Source of the DNA: Octopus sinensis
Lineage: Eukaryota
Length of the DNA stretch: 64,000 bases
Direction: 5' to 3'
NCBI RefSeq assembly: GCF_006345805.1
Contig: NC_043003.1
Location: forward strand, 48,422,001 to 48,486,000
Shown: positions 49,226 through 61,427 of the stretch, one piece after another
How positions within the stretch are numbered: position 1 is the stretch's first letter
Layout: every line of letters begins with the position of its first letter
Notes under the pieces: generated by a model
Database searches by the model: none
Told to the model about the DNA's origin: nothing
What the model saw: only the letters and a program-made list of their open reading frames with translations
Translations under genes and position numbers: made by a program

Positions 49226-50719
49226 TACGTATGTGCATGTGTATGTATGTGTGTACGTGTGCGCATGTGTACCTTTGTCTAGGCATCCTGTAATGGTTGT
49301 AAATGATGATGATCATCATCATCATATGAGCAAAGCTGTTTGTTACCAGTCTTTCAAGAAGAACATGTCTAGCCATGGGGCATATATTACCTTCCTTGGC
49401 AACATGGTGTCAGGAAGGGTATCTGGCCTTGAAGATCTGCCTTAACAAATTTCATTTGATCCATGCAAGCATGGAAAAATAGACATTAAATGATGATGAT
49501 GATGATGATGATGATTACCAAGATACAAAGATGCTATTGCGAGTAAAAGATATTTTCTGTCTTAACTAATTAATTAGCTAACTGCAGCTTAACATAACAA
49601 CTGCAATATACTTCTTGACTATCTGGTAAAAATTGTTTACTTTCGTTATTATTTTCCAGTAAGAAGCATCTGACACATACATGCAAATCTTCTAGTATCG
49701 GTTACTACTCTGTGAAAAAGTTTTTATCTCTTCGGTGTCATCACATCTGAAGCTTACTTAAACAACATAGACTCCTGCTATGAGGGAAGCCATGGTGAAG
49801 TGTTTAAGAAATTTACTTTGTAATCATGAAGTCACAGGTTCAATCTTGCTGAGTGACTTCTTTTTTTTCCTTCTTCTTGGGTCGACTGAAGCTTTGTGAA
49901 TAAGATTGGCACAGGCATGGCTGTGTAGTAAGAAGTTTGCTTCCCAACCACATGGTTCTGTGCATTTAATATTGTTTTTTTTTGTGCATTTAATATTGGT
50001 TTCAAATTTTGGCACAAGGCCAGCAGTTTCAGAGGAGGGAATAAGGATTACGTCATTCCCAGCTCTCAATTGGAATTCATTTTATCAACCCTGCCCTGGC
50101 ACTTGTCACTGTCTATATCTCTTTCTTCCTTTACTCATCCATCCCATTTATATTCTGATCCCTGTCCCTTGTGAATATGCCTGGCACTTTGCCACCATCT
50201 CTTTCCTGCTGTCTCCTACACACACTCTCTCTCTCTCCTTCTCTAGAAAGTCGCTCAGGTTGGGTAACCACATATTTCCTTTGCGGCAGTGTACCTGTTT
50301 CTGTCTTCATTCCTGATCTCTCTCTCTCTCTCTCTCTTTCTCTCTATCTCTCCATCCGGGTAATCTTGTACCTCCTCTACAGCAAGACACCTATTTCTGT
50401 CTCTCTGCCTCACTATAACCTTTCATCATCCGACAAAAGAGCACCTTCACCAATGCCCCCTCCCATCTCAAAAGATTCTTTTTTTTTTGTCTTGCAAGTA
50501 CTTGGTGACCCTGTCAGTGCAGGTGCCACTTAAAAGCACCCAGTCCACACTGTAAAGTGGTTGGCTTTTGGAAGGGCATCCAGCTGTAAAAATCTTGCCA
50601 AAACTGACCTTGCTTGTGCCACATAAAAAGCACTATAGTGAAAAAAATTAATTAAGATATTGTATTAGGACTCATGGATAAAATGAGAAATGAGGCTCAG
50701 GAGCCTATGTTTTAATAAG

Positions 50720-50985
50720 AGATTTTTAAAATATCAAGGGATTTTAAAATAAACATTATCAAACAGTTGGAAGTTTTAATGGCCATGTTATCAAATACTT
50801 GGGGTTTTTAATGGCTATGGTGTCAAAAAGAATTTTAATGGTTATCTTATCAAACCAGTAAAGGACTGAATGCTCTCCACTTATGAAACAATTTGGGATT
50901 TTAATGGTTACATAATAAAGCAGTTGAGGATTTTAAAGTGAATGTTATCAAACATTTTGGGATTTAATAGCAATATTAATAAACC
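50720..50985 (+). repeat. Degenerate ~30-bp minisatellite (ttttaatggttatgttatcaaacagttggga-like), roughly 7-8 units
   Basis: Recurrent ttttaatgg..at.ttatcaaa. An inverted ~75-bp copy lies at 52786-52860. Confidence 0.65.
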
Positions 50986-52377
50986 TAGAAATGGGTGCAC
51001 AGGTGTAAGTGCAGGACATGATGATGACTCGAGTAATGAGTAAGGAACAAATGAAATACAGAATATACCACCTGCAACACCAACAACAACTGCAGGAAAG
51101 AAAGAGAGCTTCTTGGTTAGACCTGTAAAATGTCATAGTCAAACTCTTCTTCACAAATTCTTCTCAATCATTTTGAAGTATAAATTTCATACACACTCAT
51201 AAACACACACATAGACATATATAACCTAAAATGAATAGATTTACAAGTGCAGTGTTGGCTGAAATCTATATATTTATTCTATAGTACTTCATAGCATATA
51301 TAACCTACATCTATTTATAATATACAGCTGTAAATATAGAATTGGCATACCATTGGTTTTGGTAACAAGAGTTCCAGCTGATCCAACCAATGGAATAGCC
51401 TGCTCATGAAATTAACGTGCAAGTGGATGAGTATTCCAGAGACACACATAGGGGGAATGTAGTGCTCAGGGAGATTCAGCATGACACAGAATGTGACAAG
51501 GATGACCCTTTGAATTGCAGATACAACTCATTTTTGCCAGCTGAGAGGACTGGAGCAATGTGAAATAAAGTGTCTTGCTCAAGGTCACAACACACCAGGA
51601 ATCAAACTCACACCCATAATAAAGTGTAAGCAGTTGTTATTGAGTCTGTTGCTGATAATGCAGCGATTGTTAATTGTAGTGGTGGTGGTGGTGGAGGCGC
51701 TGGTTATGGTGGTGGGGCGGTAGTGCTGGTTGAAGTGTGTTGGTGATGATAATATTTGTTTGGATTTGCAGCCATCACAAACAAGAAAATATTAACAGTT
51801 ATAGAACAGGTTCAATCAAAACAGAACACATGTCATTCTTCATTAATGGTTCTTCTGGAAGGTGTGATCACTGTTTCCTGGACATTTGGACATGTATGTG
51901 TGTGTGTATGATGTATGTATATATGTGTGAAGGCACGTGGCTTGGTGGTTAGAGCTGTAGATATGAAAATATATACAAATGTAAGTACGCACACAGATAA
52001 ACACACTTATAGAAACACCTGCATACGTAAACATCATCATCTTCATTTTAACATTTACATAGTACAGATGAAATTTGTTAAGGTGGGTTTTCTATAGCTG
52101 GATACTCTTCCCATCACCAACCCTCACCTGTTTTTAATGAAGGACACCATTAGCATGATGGTAACAATTATTTGCAACTGATGTCAAGGCAACGAGACAG
52201 TAACACACACATACACAGCAGGTTTCTTTCAGTTTTCATCAACCAAAATGCACTCACAAAACTTTGGTTTATTAGAAATAAACATTTCAATTAAACATTT
52301 ATTAGAAATATTTATTAACATTTCTTATAAACCAAGGAATGTTAACAAACATTTCTAGCTTTAGTAACATTTCTAGC

Positions 52378-52785
52378 CTTGTACCTCCTCTACAAGACAC
52401 CTGTTTCTGTCTCTCTTTCTCACTATAACCTTTCATCATCTGACACAAGATCACCTCCTCCAATGTCCTCTCCCCTTTCAAAGGAGCTTTGTCTTTCAAG
52501 TTACTTGGTGACCCTGCCAGTGCTAATCTCATGTAAAAAGCATCCAGACCACACTGTAAAGTGGTTGGCATCTGGAAGGGCATCCAGCCATAAAAACCAC
52601 ACCAAAACTGACCTCACCTGTACTGGTGCCAGTCCACTCTGCTGGGTGGTTGGTGTTAGGAAGGGCATCCAACAGTAAAAACCCTGCCAAAAAAGACAGA
52701 AAAGTCTGGTGCAGGCTCCTGTTAAACCGTCCAACCCATGCCAGCATGGAATGCGAACATTAAACAATGATGATGGTGATGATGA
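52378..52785 (+). mobile_element. RTE-type 3'-tail copy, subfamily variant (a similar copy lies at 50380-50630)
   Basis: ttgtacctcctctac.agacacct.tttctgtctctct...gtggttggc...ggaagggcatccagc...gatgatg. Confidence 0.7.
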
Positions 52786-53013
52786 TTAAATCCCAAAATG
52801 TTTGATAGCAGTCACTTTAAACACGCCAACTGTTTTATTATGAAACCATTAAAATTCATGGGAAAACACTTGCCCATAGTACCACACAGTAAGACCGAAC
52901 CTGGAACTATGTAGTTTGGAAGAAAATTTCTTACCACACATGCATGCTAGTGCCTACATATATGAACTAAAGTTATTTTCTATTTATAGTAAACACCTGT
53001 GAATATATGTATA

Positions 53014-53355
53014 AACAAGAGCACTCAGAGAGTGCAAACCTCTGCCGAGGTAACACCAACATCCTCTCAAAGATTATTTGGAGATGATTTTTAAAATGAG
53101 AATATCTGAAATAAACTCGACTGCTCTCACAAACGAGAATACTAAAACTGAACCTAACTGCTCTCAAACATTAAGTAAAAAACTGGAAAAATAATCCAGA
53201 ATCCATGTTCGGTACCTGATCAATCCTTAAATCCCTGAAAGTTTGATCCAAATCCATCTGATGGTTCTTGAGACATCTTGTCCACAGACAAACAGACAAA
53301 CAAACAAATACAACTGAAAACAATACCTCTGCCTTTGCAAAAGCAGAGGTAATAA
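53014..53355. mobile_element. Helentron-associated non-autonomous element (HINE/DINE-like)
   Basis: 5' hairpin gcactc/gagtgc followed by acctctgcc. Internal (GACA)n/(CAAA)n. 3' end repeats acctctgcc within the stem-loop tacctctgc-ctttgcaaaa-gcagaggta. A/T-rich insertion site. Confidence 0.55.
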
Positions 53356-53509
53356 ATGTATCTATGAACACACATAAACACACTTACACATATATATAAC
53401 TTATACACACACACACACATACACATATGTACAGATATAACTTATACACACTTATAAAAATTATATAAAACTTATACACACATATATAACTATACACACT
53501 TATACACAA

Positions 53510-53910
53510 GGCACAGGAGTGGCTGTGTGGTAAGTAGCTTGCTTACCAACCACATGGTTCCAGGTTCAGTCCCACTGTGTGGCATCTTGGGCAAGTGTCT
53601 TCTGCTATAGCCCCAGGTCGACCAATGCCTTGTGAGTGGATTTGGAGGACGGAAACTGAAAGAAGCCTGTCGTATATATGTATATATATATGTATGTGTG
53701 TGTGTATGTTTGTGTGTCTGTGTTTGTCCCCCTAGCATTGCTTGACAACCGATGCTGGTGTGTTTATGTCCCCATCACTTAGCGGTTCGGCAAAAGAGAC
53801 CGATAGAATAAGTACTGGGCTTACAAAGAATAAGTCCCGGGGTCGATTTGCTCGACTAAAGGCGGTTCTCTAGCATGGTCGCAGTCAAATGACTGAAACA
53901 AGTAAAAGAG
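53510..53910 (+). mobile_element. SINE, family A; young, near full length
   Basis: tRNA-like A box (tggctgtgtgg) and B box (ggttcagtccc), CORE-like cttgggcaagtgtct, internal (TA/TG)n, tail gactgaaacaagtaaaagag. Confidence 0.9.
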
Positions 53911-54269
53911 AGTACATATATACAACCTTCATCTATTTATAGTATACAACTATGAATATGCTGTCAGTGTCATTGTTGTTGTTGTTATTGTCATTCTCCT
54001 CTTCCTTCTCCTTTTATGTCTGCTTTCCATGCTGGTATGGGTTGGAAAGGTCGTCATAGTCTGACTCAATACTTAATTTGAAGTAACAGAGGATCACGGT
54101 TCACCCATATGCTCTATTTATATATGCATGTAAGTACACATCCACACACACTTCCACATGTATAACCTATTTCTATTTAAATGGATATAATTGTGCATAT
54201 ATGTATATGTAAATGTATGTATGTATGTATGCATACACAGGAATGAATGATAAATGAATGACAAATCAA

Positions 54270-54870
54270 AGGAAAAAAAAAAAGAAATTGAATGAAAGGG
54301 AATGAGGCAAAAGAGAAAGTGAGAAAAAGTAACAAAGGTGAGAATGAGTGAAAGAGAGACAGAGAGAGACAGAGAGAAAGGTAGAGGGAGAGAGAGAGAA
54401 GCTACGATTAAGAGAAAAAGTGAAAGGGAGAAGGAAAGAGAAGGAGAGAAAACTATGATTGAGAGAGAAAGACCATAAGGAAGAGAGAAAGTGAGATGCA
54501 GACAAATAAAGATAGATAGATAGGGAGGGAGGGAGAGAGAGGAGGGAGAGAGAAAATAATGATTGAGAGAGGAAGACCATGAATAAAAGAAAACGTGAGA
54601 GGGAGACAAATAAAGAGAGAGAGAGAGAGTGAAAGAAAGAGAGAGAAGCTATGATTAAGAGAAAAAGTGAAAGGGGGACATAAACATAAATAGAGGGAGA
54701 AGGAAAGAGAAAGAGAGAAAAAGACCACGAGGAAGAGAAATTGGTAGATAGATAGATAGACAGAGAGAGAGAGAGAGAAAATAAAGATTGAGAGAGGAAG
54801 ATGAATAAGAGAAAACATGAGAGGGAGACAAATATATATATAGAGAGAGAGAAAGAGAGGGAAGGAAAGA
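54270..54870. repeat. GA-rich low-complexity tract with imperfect higher-order repeats
   Basis: Recurrent atgattgagagag.aagacc, gagacaaata and gattaagagaaaaagtgaaaggg. Strongly purine-biased on the + strand. Confidence 0.85.
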
Positions 54871-54879
54871 GCTGTTTAC

Positions 54880-54982
54880 CTGATAGAACTTCATCTATTG
54901 TAGCGTACTGGGACTTTTTGAACCTTTCATTCAAGTTGGCCACACTGTGAGGTCTATCATCACATCGGTACATCTTTGATTC
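54880..54982 (-). CDS. RAB11FIP: Most upstream visible Rab11-FIP exon (103 nt; in-frame ATG at 54973)
   Basis: Acceptor ccatctttcag, donor gtaaac. Encodes ESKMYRCDDRPHSVANLNERFKKSQYATIDEVLS. The phase 1 donor joins the 43458 exon. Linkage is inferred from phase and strand only. Confidence 0.6.
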
Positions 54983-56146
54983 CTGAAAGATGGAAAATAA
55001 GGAGACTTTGTAGAAGAAAGAAGCGATGGTGGAACAATGTTCCACTCTAAGCTGTGTCTGTATGTCTAGAAACATTAAACCATATCTACAACTGTATGTA
55101 GATTAAGTGTGATATCTGCATGCATATGCATATTAAAATGTGTCTGCATGTGTGTACATATATTATGGAATTAAAGGGAATGAAATAACACATGCAAATA
55201 TATAAAATAAAAATAATCAATTGAATACACTTATATTGTGGATAATTTATAGTCCCTTTGCATCTCTAAAATCACCAGATTATTTATACTTTAATCAATG
55301 TTATCAGACTTATTTCTTAAAAAAGATATAAAATACTATTCTTTAATATTTATGGCATATATGGATAAGACATATTAATATCTTCACATATTGAACATTC
55401 ATCATGCAAGGTAGATAAAGCTACGCACAAAAAAAGAAAGAAAAAAATTAATAAAGTGTGATGTACTGAAAACCCAATGCAACAAAAAAAAAAGGAAATA
55501 AAGAAAATTTAAATTGATTCAAATTTCCCTCAGTTGGGGAAAGAAAATGAAAACCTAATAAATAATTGTTAGTAATATTCATAGAAAAGGGGGAGATAAC
55601 TTAAAAAAATTAATAAATTTCTCAAATTAATTTATGTGGTTTGGCAAAGGACAGCATAACCTTTGTTTGCAAACAAAGGTCAACCATGGATATATGTTTC
55701 AATATAGTTGACCTTGTCAGCATACTATAGTGTAATTAAGCTTGCAGATAAATTCACAAATTTTCCACATTCAGAAAAAGTATTACTAGATATTTTTGCT
55801 TAGAATAAACTGCACCTCCCACTCGCAAAAAACACACACATTTGTTCAAAATAAATACCTGCTTTATAGTCATCATGTTTTATATGATTTATTTAATGCA
55901 AAAACATCTGTTTATTAAAATGTACCAGTATTTTATTTTAGTATTATTAAAAGGTGTTGTTTTATTCAGTTCAGCCAGTGGATTGTGACTATGCTGGGTT
56001 ATTACTTTCAAAGATTTAAATCAGTCATATCAACCACAATACTAATTCCAGTCAGATAGATCTTTATACATAAAATGACTAAGTTACTACTTTTTCAATG
56101 CAAAGGATATTGCTTGACTTGCTGTTTTAGACCAGCACACCCATGA

Positions 56147-56855
56147 TTAATGACCGAGACCTTTGAAAATATGCTGTGTGTGAGGAGACCCGGCAGGACA
56201 AGTGAGACCATAACCTGTAGCCTTTACCAGGGATGTAGCCAGCCCACCTATGCATACCTTTCCTTCTTTGGACACAAAACTCTGCTGCGAAGACCTGTTG
56301 AGGTAAGTGAAATCGAAATTGAATTCAAAATCAAACCAAATCCGATGACTGGCACCCATGCCAACCTCCCTTCATTGGACACTAAACTCTGCATGCGAAG
56401 ACCTGTTGGGGCAAGTGAAATCGAAATTGAACCAAATTCGATGACTAGCACCTGTGCCAGTGTAGTTGTCTGGCTTCCGTGCTGGTGGACACGTAAAAAG
56501 CACCATTTGAGTGTGATCGTTACCAGCATCGCCTTACTGGCACATGAACAAAGCATTCGAATGAGGTCGTTGCCAGTGCCGCTGGACTGACACCTGTGCA
56601 GGTAGCACATAAAACACACCATTTCGAGCGTGGCCATTGCCAGTGCCGCCTGACTGGCCCCCGTGCTGGTGGCACGTAAAAAGCACCCACTACACACTCG
56701 GAGTGGTTGGTGTTAGGAAGGGCATCCAGCTGTAGAAACTCTGCCAGATCAGATTGGAGCCTGGCGCAGCCATCTGGTTTGCCAGTCCTCAGTCAAATCA
56801 ATCAACCCATGCTAGCATGGAAAGCAGACGTTAAATGATGATGAAGAAGATGATG
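56147..56855 (+). mobile_element. Longest stand-alone RTE 3' UTR copy, with internal tandem units and (GAT)n/(TA)n tail
   Basis: Homologous to 11740-12357 (gaagacccggc...gaccataac..gtagcc; gaagacctgttg.g.caagtgaaatcg). Confidence 0.85.
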
Positions 56856-58069
56856 ATATATATATATATATATATATTATACATATATATTGGCAGAGTC
56901 CCAAATACTAACCCACTGTCTTGGAATTGAACTTGAAATAACTGTGTTTAGATGTGGAAGTACTTGTAAACACTAAACAAGATCTTGTCAAGGACTGATG
57001 ATATCAGTAAGCAACTAACCATTCAGGTTCCAGGAAAACACATTGTAAATAATCTCACCATTTTTGAGGTAAACATCATATTGGGATGTCATTAACAGTT
57101 TTGTCGTTGGCACCTTTTCTGTGACAGACAGTGAAGACAAATTGCTGCACAGGAATTTATACCACTCTATTACAATCTACAGTCATTATTGACACATCTT
57201 GCATAGCATAGACACGTGAACTGACTCATTAAGTGTAACTATATTCTTTTTTACTGTCATCATAACATTTCTTTGTTAATGATTAATAAATATTTTTGTA
57301 TTTGGACCGCATTTAGATTTTTGTACAGTCAACCAACCAAATATTTTGACATTACAAATATATATATATATATATATACATACATATATGTATGTAAGTA
57401 TGTATGTATGTATGTACGTGTGTGTGTGCATACATACATATATATACTAAGGTCTTTTGCACAGTTTCTGCCTGTCAAATTTTACTCATAAAGAGTTGTT
57501 TGACACAAGGTTCAAGTAGAACACACTTGCCCAAAGTGCCATACAGTAGGATCAAAACTGGAACAGCCTGGTTGCAAATTCAACTTCTTAATCACACAGC
57601 TAAGCCTGTGTCAATAAAAATGTTTATATATGATGTCATATTTACATTCCTTCTCACATAAACCTTCAGTATCTGCAGATATCATCCAGTCAAGTCTCAT
57701 ATCTTAGTTTATTGAGACACCTTTGAAGATGTTGTCTTCATAGAGTAATTAATTGGGCAGAATAAACTGGAATAGAAAACTAGTCCATTAGAAAATCTCT
57801 GTTCAAGATAGAAGCAGTATACAAACCAAAAAGTATTGCCTATTTTGTAACCAGAACCACATTAATGTGGTCATAAGCAATACTTTTAAACTGGAATCAT
57901 TTTGTTCATTGCATTCTACTGATTAAATAATTTGAACCCAAGATGGAAAGCAAACAAATTATAGGTCAATTTTACAGTGTTGCCATTACTTGCCATCTTG
58001 TAATATCATCTTTGAATGCTAAGTAAGTAAAAAATTGTAAATACTGTCTTAAGTTTCAGGGCTCATTTG

Positions 58070-58295
58070 AGCAGTTACCCAGTTTCCAGGGCATATAAGT
58101 AACAGAATTCACAACATTTCTGGATGGGATACCAGTCATGTATTGCAGAGTTACTCATTTGTAGTTGAGTGGACTGGACTAATGTGAAATGTAGTGTCTT
58201 GTTCAAAAACGCAACACACCGCCCTGCTTGGGAATTGAAACCATGACTTTGCGATTGTGAGTGCAACATCCTAACCACCAGGCCATGTGCCTTCA
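58070..58295 (-). mobile_element. SINE, family C (CORE-like)
   Basis: gtgtcttgttcaaaaac.caac...gggaattgaaacc...ctaaccaccaggccatgtgccttca. Confidence 0.7.
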
Positions 58296-58659
58296 CTGAG
58301 TGCTAAAGGCCTTGATCATAAACACATTTCAATAGAAATGCCAGGATATGAACCACTAACTTCTTAGATACCCTATAAACCAGTCATCTAATCTGATCTT
58401 CCTTATCTCTCTTAAGAATTAAGTGTTAAGGACAGAGACTTGAGGTTCCTTATGGAAATAACAGTTGTTCTTTCTACTAAAAGAGTCAAAGCCAGGTCTG
58501 TGCAGAATATGGCTGAAAATAGATTTTTACCACTATCCGTGGGTGCCTCGGGGAAAAAATAAGTTGACAAAACCCAGATAGGGTGTTGATGAATGTCCTC
58601 CTAAAATTGGAGCGACATGCGTGCTAATTTGTGGACGTGTATAAATTACAATCACGTAT

Positions 58660-58691
<32 letters not shown>

Positions 58692-58879
58692 ATCATGCCT
58701 TTTATAGATACAGATGCTTTCCATGTTACTTTTTTTGCACCCATTCTGCAGATTCTGCACACAAGCCTAACTGATGTTATGAGCATTGTTCAACCATGTT
58801 GGAGATAGGAGCTGTGTGTGAAACTGATCAAATGTGCCTGCACCTTGTTGTGACATATGCCTTTCAGAGCACCTTTTGC

Positions 58880-59005
58880 ATCACACATACGCACACACAC
58901 GCGCACACACACACATATGCACACATACACACACACACATATGCACACACACACATATGCACACACACACATACACACACACATACGCACACACACACAC
59001 GCATA
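58880..59005. repeat. (CA)n-rich compound microsatellite
   Basis: Seen directly in the sequence. Confidence 0.9.
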
Positions 59006-59684
59006 TGGTTCAGTTGTAATATTAGAGCTTTTTCCATTGTTTCCAGAATGTTCCTATGTATGTTTGATGTGTGTTTTAAAGCAACTGAAGATCCAGCAAT
59101 AATGATAACAAACTCTTCACTTTTGCTTATTTTAATTGCTTTAATTTCATTTATATTAAACTATTTCATAGTTTCTGTTGAATCTTTTCTATTCTGAGTT
59201 CATTTAAAGTACAAAATTGTATTTCCAGAGAAATTAACTTGGGTCACATTCAAAATTTTATTATACAATCAGGAAAATAATTAACAAAATATTAAGCAAA
59301 AATTTTAATTTTTGAGATAGTTCACATTGTGATGTTCCTCATGATCAAAGATGTGAAATGAAAATATAAATGAAAGGGACATTTTCCAAAAACATGTAAT
59401 ACCAAAATATAAATGTCAAAGTGCTGGTTCTAATATATAAAAAAAAACCCCAAAGCATTTCAACCCAAACCGAATATTGTTATGTATTGCATTTCCTGGC
59501 ATACAAATCAACATAGTATGTAATGTAAGCACTGAAACATTGTCACCATCCTTCCAAATCCTGCTACATTCCACATGAAATTTTTGGTCCTTTAAAGTTG
59601 TCTGAGTGTAAGTCAACCTACCTTTTCCAGTTGTAAATTTTGGTTTGAAAAATTTGACTTGTATGCCAGAAAATATGGTATACA

Positions 59685-59702
59685 TGTGTGTGTGTGTGTA
59701 TA

Positions 59703-59739
<37 letters not shown>

Positions 59740-59861
59740 AATATATATGCATATCAAATATATATGCATATATATATATATATCAAATATATATGCATAT
59801 ATATATATATATATTTATATATAGATGGGTGTGTGTTTCACTGTGTGTGTGTGTGTGTGTA

Positions 59862-59905
<44 letters not shown>

Positions 59906-59920
59906 TATACATACATACAT
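59685..59920. repeat. (TA)n/(TG)n compound microsatellite
   Basis: Seen directly in the sequence. Confidence 0.9.
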
Positions 59921-61229
59921 TTATACTTGTGGGCCAAGCCACTGAGAGACCTTTGGTACAATATCACAGTCCCTGCTTTATCAACATGAGGCTAAAATAT
60001 ATTCATGAAAACTATCATATCAAACTTGGCTACAATCTTATTCTCAGGTATGCCATCTGGGAACTTCATTCAACATATATGTCAGCCCAGTGGGAATCTA
60101 CACTAAACAACACTAGTTTCCACAAATAGCGAAATAAAATAAAGCAAAAAGAAAGAATATTATTTGCAGAAAAACAAAACACAAACAAAAGAAATTGAGC
60201 GCGTAAGTGAATGAGAGAAGAAAAAAAAAGCAACAGTTTCAGAAAAGTAAAAGTTGAACAGAAAAAAGTTATTAAGTTAATCAGTTAACATCAATTATAT
60301 TCTAAACTATCAAACTGATTTGAAAGTCATATTTTGCCATACATTGTTAACATCAATACTATTCTCTATATTTATATACATATGTTTTGAGTTTTGATAA
60401 TCGTATTTTTGAGCACACAAGGTGACATGGTATATAGTTGTATAAACTTTCAAATATTGTTACTATCCTTTGAATCCTACTGCATTTCATATGGAACCTT
60501 TGGTCCTCCAAAGCTGTCTTGCTGTATAAGTTGACTTATCTTTTTGGGCCTAAATTTTGGTATGAAAAATTTGACTTGAATGCCAAGAAAAATGGTATAT
60601 GCAGGAATTTTACTGTAACTATCTTATTTTTACACTTAATCTTTTCCTTCTTAGAACTTTGGACTTCTGAAATCCCCATTCTGTTTATATCTCTCCTAGA
60701 GGTGTTATATTAATGGCATTGATTTCACCAATCTAAGGGGAAGGCCTGCAAAGGCCATTTTCTTCAGACTCAACAAATGAAAAAAACAATAAAAAAACAT
60801 TATAATTAAACCTTGTTGAAGCAACAATACTGACTTATAAACAGACATAAGGCGATACATTTTGGGGCAGAGGACATAGTCAATTAAATCTGTCTAAGTA
60901 CTTGACTGGTAATATATTTTATCCATTCAGTAAGTATGAAAGACAAAGTTGAAATCAGAACTTAAAAGGCCACAACTAAATTACTGACTTATGCCATTTT
61001 GCTTCCTATGCAATTTTTTCCCACTATTCTCAACTCTGGGCTATTTTCAGAGCCATTACCTTAGTATGGTGGGGGAGAGGAGCACCCCTTGAGGGAAGGA
61101 TTCTCTCACCCAGGTCTTGTTGGTTTTGAATTGTCATTAATGCTTTTGTAACACCCTCTACCTTTTTACAAGGTAGGGGTGTTGGCCCTGTGTATATCCA
61201 TTGTTTGCTCTGGGAAGAGGTGGTCCACA

Positions 61230-61427
61230 CGAGGGGGTGCTGAAAAGTTCCTGGCATTAAGGGTATCACAAAAGGCCTGGTTGGAGGTCTTACCTTCCAA
61301 GTTCTTTTACAGGGCTTAGGAAAACTGTGTGAATCTAAGAGGGGGATTATGTTAAATAAAATCATAATTAACTGACCCCTGCCCTTTTTTTTTTACCCAA
61401 AGCAAGGAACTTTTCAGCACCCCCTTG
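61230..61427. mobile_element. Mariner-derived MITE (~200 bp)
   Basis: TIRs cgagggggtgctgaaaagttcct / aggaacttttcagcacccccttg|TA. Confidence 0.8.

Noticed and set aside
50990-51122. Possible phase-1 exon (GLTKKLSFFPAVVVGVAGG...) in the large Rab11-FIP intron
   Set aside because: It has a good acceptor but no convincing donor. The hydrophobic peptide does not fit a soluble FIP linker, and the frame runs into the minisatellite.
53510-53590. tRNA-like A/B boxes at SINE heads
   Set aside because: There is no complete cloverleaf, and they are continuous with SINE bodies, so they are not tRNA genes.
54118-54879. Long Ser/Leu/Phe-rich ORFs (54118-54609, 54453-54818, most of 54266-55075)
   Set aside because: They are translations of the CT-rich tract. 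Only 54880-54982, bounded by splice sites, is credible coding sequence.
56440-56690. Repeat units with variable interspaces resembling a CRISPR array (also 11880-12190 and 39660-39985)
   Set aside because: The units are degenerate, the interspaces are homologous to one another, there are no cas genes and the context is eukaryotic. They belong to the RTE 3' UTR.
59416-59685. ORF initially considered as a C2-domain exon of Rab11-FIP
   Set aside because: It has no C2 motifs or suitable splice sites, and the sequence recurs at 60478-60600 as a repeat.
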